Shown here one piece after another: positions 16,079 to 24,101 of a stretch of 24,846 bases of DNA. The notes beneath the pieces were generated by a model, which was not told where the DNA came from, made no database searches, and saw only the letters and a program-made list of their open reading frames with translations. The position numbers were made by a program, and so were the translations under genes. Every line of letters begins with the position of its first letter. The stretch's first letter is position 1. Source of the stretch: a virus (taxonomy: Duplodnaviria; Caudoviricetes); IMG/VR virus record IMGVR_UViG_3300049012_000059, positions 1-24,846 of that record; one strand, 5' to 3'.

Positions 16079-17548
16079 ATGTTTGAAGGTCCTCAGCTCT
16101 GGCTCGGTTCCGAGGCCGGTTTCGGTATCGTCCTGTCGGCCTACGAACAGGCTGTGCAGATGATGGTCGCCGGCTCGCGCGGGTATGGCGACGACGAGAT
16201 GTCGATGCTGTCGGTTTCCGACGGCGTGGCGGTCGTCTCGATCAAGGGCCCGCTGATCTCCGGCAATGCCGGCTTCATGCGCTACTTCGGCGTGACCGGC
16301 TACAACGACATCCGGGATGCGCTGGTGCAAGCGGTCAACGATGCCAGCGTCGAGACGATCCTGCTGGACATCAACTCGCCGGGCGGCTCCGTCGCTGGCG
16401 TGTCGGACACCAGCAACTTCATCCGCCACGTGAGCGCGCTCAAGCCGGTCGTCGCCTATGCCGACGGCGCGCTGGCGTCGGGCGCCTATTGGCTGGGCTC
16501 GACCGCCAAGAAGATCGTCATCACCCCAACGACCGTCGCCGGCTCGATCGGCGTGATCCGGGTGCACACCGAGGCCTCGCACATGCGCAAGGAGGCGGGC
16601 ATCACCGACACGGTGATCCGTTCGGGCAAGTACAAGGCGCTGGCCGGCCCGTACGAGCCGCTGAGCGATGTGGCCAAGGAGCAGCTGCAGGCCCAGTCCG
16701 ACGAGATCTACCAGATCTTCCTCGGCCATGTCGCCGCGGCGCGCGGAATCTCCGTCTCGGTGGCAGATTCGAAACTCGGTCAGGGTCGCGAATTCATTGG
16801 CCAAAAGGCAATGGACATCGGCATGGTCGACAAGATTTCGAATTTCGAAGGTGCAATTGCGCTTGCGAAATCCCTTGCGCCGGTTGACAAGAAGAAAGGG
16901 TATGGCCACAATTCGCGCCAAGTCCAAGGGGTTAACTCAATGCCGAAAGCCCATCTCTCTGCCGAACAGATTGCCGCTGCACTCGAATGCGGCGCCAATT
17001 TGGATGCGACTTCGCAAACGCCTGAGGAAATTGCTGCTGCGGCAGCGGCTGCCACCGAGGCGGCCCGGGTAGCGGCTGAAGCGCAAGCGGCGGCCGATGC
17101 GGAAGCAGCGCGCGTCGCGGCCGAAGCCGCGGCAGCTGCTGCAGCTGCGGCAGCACCGAAAGATTCCGAGCTGGTGACCCACCTGCGCACCGAGCTGAAG
17201 ACGGCCCAAGAAGCGAATGTCGCGGCCCAGGTCGAGCTCGCCGAGCTGCGCAAGCAGGTCGCCACGACCGCGGAAACCCAGGAAGCGCTGCTGAAGATCG
17301 GGCGCAACTCGGTCGGCAAGATGAGCATCGCCCTGGGCGGGTCGGCCGACGCAGCGCAGACGCTGGGCGCGGCGCAGATCGTCACCGAACACGAGCGCCT
17401 GTCGGCGCTGTTCGCCGCCAAGTTCAAGGTCGGCGGCGTGGCAGCCAGCCCCGTCACCGATCTCGAGAAGAAGCCGGAAGAGAAGCCCACCGCCAAGGTG
17501 AGCCCGCTGCTCCGCGCGCTCGTTCCCCTCGCCAAGCAATCTGCCTAA
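16079..17548 (+). CDS. Capsid maturation protease, S49 family, with C-terminal scaffold region
   Basis: LLDINSPGGSV, ASGAYWLGS, AGSIGV, SGKYK motifs; GGAG RBS. Confidence 0.92.
   Translation: MFEGPQLWLGSEAGFGIVLSAYEQAVQMMVAGSRGYGDDEMSMLSVSDGVAVVSIKGPLISGNAGFMRYFGVTGYNDIRDALVQAVNDASVETILLDINSPGGSVAGVSDTSNFIRHVSALKPVVAYADGALASGAYWLGSTAKKIVITPTTVAGSIGVIRVHTEASHMRKEAGITDTVIRSGKYKALAGPYEPLSDVAKEQLQAQSDEIYQIFLGHVAAARGISVSVADSKLGQGREFIGQKAMDIGMVDKISNFEGAIALAKSLAPVDKKKGYGHNSRQVQGVNSMPKAHLSAEQIAAALECGANLDATSQTPEEIAAAAAAATEAARVAAEAQAAADAEAARVAAEAAAAAAAAAAPKDSELVTHLRTELKTAQEANVAAQVELAELRKQVATTAETQEALLKIGRNSVGKMSIALGGSADAAQTLGAAQIVTEHERLSALFAAKFKVGGVAASPVTDLEKKPEEKPTAKVSPLLRALVPLAKQSA
16884..16912 (+). 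promoter_or_regulatory. Putative internal sigma70-like promoter for scaffold/capsid genes
   Basis: TTGACA-17 nt-CACAAT, 27 nt before the in-frame ATG at 16940. Confidence 0.55.
16940..17548 (+). CDS. Nested in-frame scaffold protein (lambda Nu3-like arrangement), 202 aa
   Basis: In-frame ATG with AAGGGG RBS; Ala/Glu-rich coiled coil follows. Confidence 0.65.
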   Translation: MPKAHLSAEQIAAALECGANLDATSQTPEEIAAAAAAATEAARVAAEAQAAADAEAARVAAEAAAAAAAAAAPKDSELVTHLRTELKTAQEANVAAQVELAELRKQVATTAETQEALLKIGRNSVGKMSIALGGSADAAQTLGAAQIVTEHERLSALFAAKFKVGGVAASPVTDLEKKPEEKPTAKVSPLLRALVPLAKQSA

Positions 17549-17560
17549 GGAGCAGCCAAC

Positions 17561-18088
17561 ATGTCGCGTGCCTTTCTCCGGGGTGTCACCCTCCCGAACC
17601 CGACGCCGATCACGACCAAGCTGGGCGCCGTGTCGGCGCCGTACAAGGACACCGAGATCGGCAAGTTCGTCAAGCAGAGCCTGACGGTCGACTCCGACTA
17701 CGTGCTGTGCGCCGCCGGTGACCCGATCGAGGGCCACATCGTCGCGGTCGAGAACGCCACGTCGGCCGGCTTCGGTATCGGCTCGGTCCAGCAGAGCGGT
17801 CAGAAGTACGTCACCTTCGACGGCCTGCAAGCCACGCCTGGTACCGGCACGATCGCCCTCGGCGACTACGTGGTTTGCGGCACGGTGGTGGCCAAGGACA
17901 CCGCGCTCAGCGCCGGCGTGCCGGCCAAGGTCACCAAGGCCACGCAGCAGCCCGGCGTGACCGAAGCCGGCGCGGTGGGCGACGTCAACGACCAGCTCAA
18001 GGTCGCGATGTTCGCCTGGCGCGTTGTGTCGCTCGGCTCGGCTGGCACCGGCGCGGTCGGCACGGTCGGTCTGATCGAGCGCGTCTGA
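17561..18088 (+). CDS. Probable capsid decoration/cement protein, 175 aa
   Basis: TAAGGAG RBS; position between protease and capsid; Gly/Val/Thr-rich. Confidence 0.7.
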   Translation: MSRAFLRGVTLPNPTPITTKLGAVSAPYKDTEIGKFVKQSLTVDSDYVLCAAGDPIEGHIVAVENATSAGFGIGSVQQSGQKYVTFDGLQATPGTGTIALGDYVVCGTVVAKDTALSAGVPAKVTKATQQPGVTEAGAVGDVNDQLKVAMFAWRVVSLGSAGTGAVGTVGLIERV

Positions 18089-18131
18089 TCCCGGACACCC
18101 ACCCAACCCCATACACCAAGGAGCTACCAAG

Positions 18132-19370
18132 ATGGGTGCCAAGTTCTACGACGTCGAAGGCAAGCTGCAGGACCTCGAGGTTCCGCCGGACATCTACCGT
18201 AAGGCGGATGCCGCGAACATCAGCGTGGCCGCGTACATCAATCGCGAGTACCCGTCCGACCCGCTGAAGTACGGCTCGACCTTCCACCAGATGCTGGCCT
18301 CGGTCGGCCTGGTGGTGCCCGATGCCAAGGCCAAGGAGACCTACGGCCTGCGGCCGCCGACCATGGCCGAGGTGCTTGCGGGCACCGCCGGCTTCGACGT
18401 GTCGGGCAACAGCTCGCAGTTCGGCTCGCCCACCGGCCAAGCCTCGCGCACCCTGTTCCCTGCCGCGCTGATCGCCTACATGGAGACGGCGCTGGTCAAG
18501 GACTACAACATGGACGCGGTCCAGTTCGACAAGATGATCGCGACCGAGCTGGCGATCGACAACGACCGCTTCGAGCAGCCGCAGATCAACATGTCGGCCG
18601 CGCCGGGCGGCGAGCCCAATGCGCCGAACAGCGCGCTGGCCTCGCGCCGCGCGCAGCTCGCGGGCCCGGCGAGCATGATGCAGTTCACGACCTCGGACGT
18701 GACGCGCAAGATCCCGACGTACGCCCTGGGCATGGAGTTCTCCAAGGAAGCCCTCAAGGCCACCACGCTGGACCTGGTCGGCATGTCGGTGCAGCGCCAG
18801 CTGGCCGTCGAGCGCGACACCTGGGTGAACAGCTACATCAGCGACTTCTACGCTGGTGACCTGGACATCAACACCGGCTCGCTGGCCTCGCTGGGCTTCA
18901 CGGTCAACTCCGGTGCGCTGGATGCCGCGGCCAACACGCAGAACACGCAGACCGCGTGGCTGAAGTGGCTCAACCGCCGCCGCAAGTACCGCGTGATCGA
19001 CTGGGTCATGTGCGACCTGGCCACCTACCTCAAGCACATCGAAGGCCGCACCGGCCGTCCGTCGCTGACCGCGATCGACACGCTGCTGCCGCGCATGGAA
19101 GCGCATGGCCGGGTGGTGAACAACGTCGTCGGCGACGTCAACGTGTTCATCGTCGACGACGCGACCGACGGCGGCCCGCTGCCGGCCGGCACGATCGTGG
19201 GCCTGGACAGCCGCTACGCCATCGCCCGCGTGCGCAACACCTCGGCCAACGTGCAAGCCGCCGAGAGCTACGCCCTGCGCCAGGCCGAGGCCTTCATGCT
19301 GCAGTTCGGCGAGATGTGCTACCGCCTGCACAACGACGCCTTCGACACCCTGGTGATCGCCGCGGCCTAA
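18132..19370 (+). CDS. Major capsid protein, 412 aa
   Basis: AAGGAG RBS, strongly biased codons, size and position; YALGMEFSKEAL resembles the HK97-fold P-domain strand. Confidence 0.85.
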   Translation: MGAKFYDVEGKLQDLEVPPDIYRKADAANISVAAYINREYPSDPLKYGSTFHQMLASVGLVVPDAKAKETYGLRPPTMAEVLAGTAGFDVSGNSSQFGSPTGQASRTLFPAALIAYMETALVKDYNMDAVQFDKMIATELAIDNDRFEQPQINMSAAPGGEPNAPNSALASRRAQLAGPASMMQFTTSDVTRKIPTYALGMEFSKEALKATTLDLVGMSVQRQLAVERDTWVNSYISDFYAGDLDINTGSLASLGFTVNSGALDAAANTQNTQTAWLKWLNRRRKYRVIDWVMCDLATYLKHIEGRTGRPSLTAIDTLLPRMEAHGRVVNNVVGDVNVFIVDDATDGGPLPAGTIVGLDSRYAIARVRNTSANVQAAESYALRQAEAFMLQFGEMCYRLHNDAFDTLVIAAA

Positions 19371-19375
19371 TGGAC

Positions 19376-19397
19376 CGGCCCCGCGCAAGCGGGGCCG
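19376..19397 (+). terminator. Stem-loop after capsid gene (stabiliser or weak terminator)
   Basis: CGGCCCCGC-GCAA-GCGGGGCCG; no U tract. Confidence 0.5.
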
Positions 19398-19404
19398 CTC
19401 ATCA

Positions 19405-19650
19405 ATGAGCAAGAGCAGCAAGTCCACCCTGAAGATCGCCGATCACGACGGCATCTGGCTTCACTCGATCGCCAAGTTCCCGCTGGTCGACCCGAACACG
19501 CTGACCCGCTTCGAGCCGGGCGTGACCACGAAGGCAACGCCGACCGCGTGGGTGCAGATGCAAGAGGCTGCGGGGATCTTCAAGCTGGTCGACGACCCGA
19601 CCAAGGTGGATGCGCCGCCCCCGGCGGCCAAGGAAAAGGCGAAGGCCTGA
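19405..19650 (+). CDS. Small hypothetical protein after capsid gene, 81 aa
   Basis: Coherent ORF with Lys/Ala-rich tail. Confidence 0.75.
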   Translation: MSKSSKSTLKIADHDGIWLHSIAKFPLVDPNTLTRFEPGVTTKATPTAWVQMQEAAGIFKLVDDPTKVDAPPPAAKEKAKA

Positions 19651-19659
19651 TCCAGCTCG

Positions 19660-19686
19660 CAAGGCCCGCCACAGCGGGCCTTGTCT
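19660..19686 (+). terminator. Probable intrinsic terminator (weak U tract)
   Basis: CAAGGCCCGC-CACA-GCGGGCCTTG followed by TCT. Confidence 0.55.
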
Positions 19687-19703
19687 CCATCTGAGGACGT
19701 TCG

Positions 19704-20198
19704 ATGCTGACCCAGTTCACGACCCCCGACGAAGTGCGCGCAGTGCTCGCGGTGGCTGAGCAGGAGCTGCCGGACAGGGTCATCAACCTGCCGATGTACC
19801 ACCGGCTCCTGCAGTTCGAACTGCGGGAGATCAACACCGGCATCGAGGACGACTACCTCGCGCTGCCCTCGCCCGAATCGGGCTCGCAGACGGCCGCGCA
19901 GGAGCTGTTCTACAACGTGATGCAGGTGTTCGCGGCCTACTCGGTCGCGCGCCAGCTGGTGGGCTCGCAGCCCATGTTCGCCCCGCAGGTGATCAGCGCC
20001 AGCGACACCAGCGCGCAGCGCGCGGCGGACCCCTACGAGAGCACCCGCGCGAGCGTGGAGGCCGGCTACAACGTCATGCTGGCCCGCCTGAAGTCGGCCT
20101 ACCTGGCCATCGACTCGAGCGCCACGCTGGCGACGGCGGTGACGCCCGTTTTCGCCCTTGCCGTGGGCATCGCCACGGATCCGGTCACGGATACCTGA
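19704..20198 (+). CDS. Probable head-tail adaptor, 164 aa
   Basis: GAGGA RBS; FTTPDEVRAVL start typical of gp6/gp15-like adaptors; position. Confidence 0.7.
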   Translation: MLTQFTTPDEVRAVLAVAEQELPDRVINLPMYHRLLQFELREINTGIEDDYLALPSPESGSQTAAQELFYNVMQVFAAYSVARQLVGSQPMFAPQVISASDTSAQRAADPYESTRASVEAGYNVMLARLKSAYLAIDSSATLATAVTPVFALAVGIATDPVTDT

Positions 20199-20199
20199 G

Positions 20200-21036
20200 A
20201 TGGACCTGCGCGACGCTGCGCGACGCTTCAACGACGCCGAAGCCTTCGACGGCTACACCGGCGAGTACGTCTTCAACTGCCACTTCTCGAGCTTCGACGA
20301 CCACTCCGCGGCGGGCGCGACGGCGCGCCGCCGCGCGCTTGTCCTGACGGACGAGGACACCGTCCCCGCGCGCCAGGTCGTCTCGATCTACAACGACCGC
20401 TGGCTGGTGGGCAGCGGCAACCCCGACTCCTTCGGCGGCAAGGTGCTGCGGCGCGTCTACAACATGAAGCGCTCGACCGACCTGGCCGCGGTGCTCACGC
20501 CGGCCCAGGCGTGCATGTCGGCGACCGGCACGCTTGCCTACGTCCACAAGCAGTGGTTCCGCGAGGTGGTGAACGTGCCCACCGACTCGAAGATCGACAA
20601 CTTCTGGACGGTCTTCATCGCGCCGGGCGAGCCGGTGGAGCCGGGCACCTTCTTCCGCTGTGGCAGCGTGCTGCTTCGCGCACGCAACACCTACCTGCCG
20701 GTCGAGGGCTTGCGGGTGGCGCAGTGCGATGACATCGACTTCGCCACGCAGAAGACGCTGCTCTTCCGCGAGAACGGCAACTTCGATGCGGCCACCGACA
20801 GCTACCCCGCGCTCAACTACTCGGTCTTCGGGCTGGTGGTGGACTACACGAAGCTGTTCCGCCTGCGCACCTCGGCCGACCTGCGTGCCGAGCCGGGCGA
20901 TGTGTCGGTGCTGGTGCCGCAGGCCTCGATCACGCCCGTGGTGGGCGCCAAGTTCATGCTGGGTGCGATCGCTTGGCGCGTGCTGTCGGTCGAGGCCGAG
21001 CTCGACGCCTGGCTGATGCACTGCCGCCGTGCTTGA
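20200..21036 (+). CDS. Probable head-closure/neck protein, 278 aa
   Basis: ATG 1 nt after upstream stop; C-terminal WRVLSVE...WLMHCRRA resembles head-closure beta-barrels. Confidence 0.6.
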   Translation: MDLRDAARRFNDAEAFDGYTGEYVFNCHFSSFDDHSAAGATARRRALVLTDEDTVPARQVVSIYNDRWLVGSGNPDSFGGKVLRRVYNMKRSTDLAAVLTPAQACMSATGTLAYVHKQWFREVVNVPTDSKIDNFWTVFIAPGEPVEPGTFFRCGSVLLRARNTYLPVEGLRVAQCDDIDFATQKTLLFRENGNFDAATDSYPALNYSVFGLVVDYTKLFRLRTSADLRAEPGDVSVLVPQASITPVVGAKFMLGAIAWRVLSVEAELDAWLMHCRRA

Positions 21037-21502
21037 CATCGACACGTCCGGCATCGACCAATTCATTTCAGAATTGGATGCCGAACAGCGTTTGCTAAAT
21101 CGCTACGTCAACCAGCAATATCTCCGGCTGGTGGAAATCGTGTTCCGGGATATATTGCGGACCACGCCGCAATGGTCCGGCAATTTGGCTGCGAATTGGT
21201 TTATTGGTGTGAATAACCAATACGAAACAGAGCAGACCATTCCCGAAAAGGATTTGATGTGGGGGAATGCCAATATTCAACCGCATCGAATGGGTGATCT
21301 AAATGCCATTGAGATTTCGGAGGCTCGCCTGGAAGGGCTGGTCTTTAGCTATCTCGATGAGATTTACATTTACAATCCCACTGAGATTGCGCCGGAGGTG
21401 GAGGCGCACACGGTGTACATCCGGCCGGTGAACCTGCTGGATGGGCGCGTGGCCATGGCGGCCTACACCGCCGCGAAGTACGAGGTGCTGAACCCGCTAT
21501 GA
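21029..21502 (+). CDS. Tail-completion protein, HK97 gp10-like, 157 aa
   Basis: TPQWSGNLAANW resembles the TPVxTGxLxxSW motif; IYIYN motif; position. Confidence 0.7.
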   Translation: MLDIDTSGIDQFISELDAEQRLLNRYVNQQYLRLVEIVFRDILRTTPQWSGNLAANWFIGVNNQYETEQTIPEKDLMWGNANIQPHRMGDLNAIEISEARLEGLVFSYLDEIYIYNPTEIAPEVEAHTVYIRPVNLLDGRVAMAAYTAAKYEVLNPL

Positions 21503-21924
21503 GCCTGGAAACCGCAGAGCTTGCCGTGGCAGCGCGCGCCGAGGTGGCCCGCGCGGCGTGGGCCGGCGCGTTCGCGCTGAAGCTGCAGCTGAGCAACCGC
21601 AACCTCGTGGATCTGTCGGTGCAGCAGGACCCCTACGTGTGCGTGGAGGTGGCCTGGCTCGACGGCTTCCAGGCCGATCTGAACCCCAAGCCGGTGATCC
21701 GCTCGGTGGGGCAGATCGTCATCAGCGCGATGGTCAAGGAGAACGCCGGCTTCGCCGACGGCGCCCGGCTGCGCGACCACTTCATCCCGTACTTCGAGCG
21801 CAAGGATACCGGCCTCGGGCCCTTGCGCACGCGCGCCGCGGTGCCGCACAAATGCTTTTCGAAAAGGGGTTGGGAAGTCTTCCCAGTGATCATTCCAATG
21901 TGGTATGACAGAGTTGCCCCGTAA
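21499..21924 (+). CDS. Probable tail terminator protein, 141 aa
   Basis: ATGA overlap; PYVCV and GQIVI strands; directly upstream of the tail tube. Confidence 0.65.
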   Translation: MSLETAELAVAARAEVARAAWAGAFALKLQLSNRNLVDLSVQQDPYVCVEVAWLDGFQADLNPKPVIRSVGQIVISAMVKENAGFADGARLRDHFIPYFERKDTGLGPLRTRAAVPHKCFSKRGWEVFPVIIPMWYDRVAP

Positions 21925-21943
21925 CCCGTATCTAAGCCATAAT
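21914..21943 (+). promoter_or_regulatory. Putative promoter upstream of tail tube
   Basis: TTGCCC-18 nt-CATAAT in an AT-rich island. Confidence 0.4.
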
Positions 21944-21973
21944 CCCAATAGCGAAGGCTAACTGGAGAACCGA

Positions 21974-23191
21974 ATGCCGACCCTTGCCTCGACCAGCCGG
22001 GCACAGCTTGCCTACATTCTCGAATCTGTTTTCGGCACGACGCCGGTCGCGGGCAATGGTGCATACCTGCGCATGACCGGTGAGTCGCTGAACTTCGACG
22101 TCACCAAGGAGACGTCGAAGGAGATCCGCTCCGACCGGCAGACCAGCTCGCAGGTGCCGGTGGGCGCGCAAGCAGGTGGCGGCTTCAACTTCGAGCTCAG
22201 CTACAACGAGTTCGATGCGTTCTTCGCCTCGACGCTGCAGGATGCCTGGTCGGTCTACGGCACCAACGGTGTCGGCTCGACCTTCAGCGGCACGTTCACG
22301 ACGACCACGATCACCGCGGGCGCGGCGCCGGTCGGTGCCAACGCCTTCACCACCCTGAAGAAGGGCCAGTGGTTCCGCCTGCTGGCGCCCACCGATTCGA
22401 ACGACGGCAAGCTGCTTCGCGTGTCCACCATCACGTCGCCGACGTCGACGGTCATCACGCTCGACGCGAGCACGCCGCTGGTGGCCGCCGGTCCGATCGC
22501 CAACTGCGCGCTGCAGACCTCGCGCCTGGTCAACGGCACCACGAAGACCAGCTTCTCGATCGAGAAGTCCTACAACGACGTCACGCAGTTCTTCCTGTTC
22601 AAGGGCATGACGCCCAGCAAGCTGAGCCTGAAGTTCGCGTCGGCGGCGCTGACCACCGGCTCGTTCGAATTCCTCGGCTCCAGCGCACCGCGCTCCGGCG
22701 TGACGGGCCTGCCCGGCAGCACCGCGGCGTCCAAGGCGTTCAACATCCAGAACGCGGTGACCGGCGTGGGCCAGCTGTGGGAGGGCACCGGGCCCCTCAC
22801 CTCGAGCTTCATCAAGTCGCTCTCGCTGGACTACGACAACTCGCTGCGGCCGCAACAGGCCATCGGCACGTTCGGTCTGGTCGGCGTGGGCAACGGCACG
22901 ATCGCGCTGAAGGGCAGCCTGGAGGTGTACTTCGCCGACGGTGCGATCTACGACAAGTTCATCGCCAATACCAACACGCAGATCATCATCGCCACACAGG
23001 ACGAGGCCGGCAACGGCTACGTCTTCACGATGCCGGTGGTGAACTTGTCCAACGGCAAGATCGTCGCCGGCGCGAAGGACCAGGACCTGATGGCCACCTT
23101 CGACTTCATGGCTCTGTCGGACGATAGCAATGCGGATGCGACGCTGCGCAAGACGCTGATCATCGACCGCGTGGGCGTGGCCGCGACTTAA
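21974..23191 (+). CDS. Major tail tube protein, 405 aa
   Basis: GGAG RBS; ESVFGTTP...LRMTGESL...SKEIRSDRQ...GGGFNFELSY motif series of siphovirus tube proteins. Confidence 0.88.
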   Translation: MPTLASTSRAQLAYILESVFGTTPVAGNGAYLRMTGESLNFDVTKETSKEIRSDRQTSSQVPVGAQAGGGFNFELSYNEFDAFFASTLQDAWSVYGTNGVGSTFSGTFTTTTITAGAAPVGANAFTTLKKGQWFRLLAPTDSNDGKLLRVSTITSPTSTVITLDASTPLVAAGPIANCALQTSRLVNGTTKTSFSIEKSYNDVTQFFLFKGMTPSKLSLKFASAALTTGSFEFLGSSAPRSGVTGLPGSTAASKAFNIQNAVTGVGQLWEGTGPLTSSFIKSLSLDYDNSLRPQQAIGTFGLVGVGNGTIALKGSLEVYFADGAIYDKFIANTNTQIIIATQDEAGNGYVFTMPVVNLSNGKIVAGAKDQDLMATFDFMALSDDSNADATLRKTLIIDRVGVAAT

Positions 23192-23205
23192 TACCGGAGA
23201 AACTC

Positions 23206-23234
23206 GAAGAGCGGGGTTTAGCCCCGCTTTTCTT
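23206..23234 (+). terminator. Intrinsic terminator after tail tube
   Basis: AGCGGGG-loop-CCCCGCT followed by TTTCTT. Confidence 0.8.
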
Positions 23235-23243
23235 CCCGCCCGA

Positions 23244-23271
23244 TTGCCAGTATTACCGAGTTTGCTATACT
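23244..23271 (+). promoter_or_regulatory. Putative sigma70-like promoter for chaperone/tape measure genes
   Basis: TTGCCA-16 nt-TATACT with extended TG, right after the terminator. Confidence 0.6.
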
Positions 23272-23302
23272 GCGGGCACTTTCGCTACGGAGATACTGCG
23301 AC

Positions 23303-23698
23303 ATGGACATTTTCAAGACCTTTGCCACCGACGAGAAGAAAGAAGTCGAAGGGGTTTGGTTCGATCTGGACGAAACCTCCAGGGTGAAGGTGGCGCGCCG
23401 TTCGAACAAGGCCTACCAGGCGCTCATCAGCCAGCTGTACGAGCGCTACAAGCGCATTCTCGACCAGAAGAACCAGGCGGCGCGCGACAAGTCGATGCAG
23501 CTGACGATCGAGGCGATGGCCAAGCATCTGCTGGTCGGCTGGGAGGGTTTGACCAGCAACGGCGTGCCGATCGAATACAGCTTCGAGAAGGCCAAGGAGC
23601 TGCTCGCGGTCAAGGATTTCCGTGAGCTGGTCGCCAGCTTCGCGGACGATACCGAAGCCTTCAAGGCCGAGAGCCAGCAGGAGCAGCTGGGAAACTGA
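23303..23698 (+). CDS. Tail assembly chaperone (gpG-like), 131 aa
   Basis: FATD..KEVEGVW and LLVGWEG motifs; between tube and tape measure; ends in GN. Confidence 0.85.
   Translation: MDIFKTFATDEKKEVEGVWFDLDETSRVKVARRSNKAYQALISQLYERYKRILDQKNQAARDKSMQLTIEAMAKHLLVGWEGLTSNGVPIEYSFEKAKELLAVKDFRELVASFADDTEAFKAESQQEQLGN
23689..23695 (+). other. Programmed -1 ribosomal frameshift site GGGAAAC
   Basis: X XXY YYZ heptamer directly before the stop; -1 frame open to 24063. Confidence 0.85.
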
Positions 23699-24063
23699 TC
23701 GAGTGCCTCCGGTGGAAAATCACCTGGGGGCCGCAGATCGAAACCCTGCTCGAGTTTGAAGAGCAGACGGGCTTCACGCCCGTCGCGCTCACCAACCAAC
23801 CAGAGCTGCAGGACGGGCTCTGGTTCATCCAGAACGCTTTTCACACGCTGTCGAGCAGCCGGCAGTACAGCAACGGCATGCCCTTGCCGATCAGCCTGGG
23901 CGAGCTTGCCCACTTCTTCTGGATCTACGGCATCGACAGCATTGACGAACGCGACCGGCTGATCTATTTCATTCAGGGTATGGATAGTGCATACCGGGAA
24001 GAAATGGCAAAACGGACTTCGGACGCCACTGCCACCGAATCCAAGTCTGCAGTTGTTCCCTAA
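23695..24063 (+). CDS. Frameshifted C-terminal part of tail chaperone (gpT-like)
   Basis: LIECLRWKITWG...AFHTLSSSRQY...PLPISLGEL; open from the slippery site, no start with RBS at its 5' end. Confidence 0.8.
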   Translation: MIECLRWKITWGPQIETLLEFEEQTGFTPVALTNQPELQDGLWFIQNAFHTLSSSRQYSNGMPLPISLGELAHFFWIYGIDSIDERDRLIYFIQGMDSAYREEMAKRTSDATATESKSAVVP

Positions 24064-24101
24064 CCCGCTTCCGAAGACAATAAGGAAAAGGGGAAGCGTA
24101 A

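Noticed and set aside
5962-18142. Long antisense ORFs (5962-7905, 9285-11807, 11820-13202, 14480-16927, 16937-18142)
   Set aside because: Expected antisense shadows of high-GC genes
20158-20199. Upstream starts given by the ORF track (20158, also 3591, 3824, 7947, 2459, 1067)
   Set aside because: Downstream ATGs with an RBS or stop-start coupling fit better
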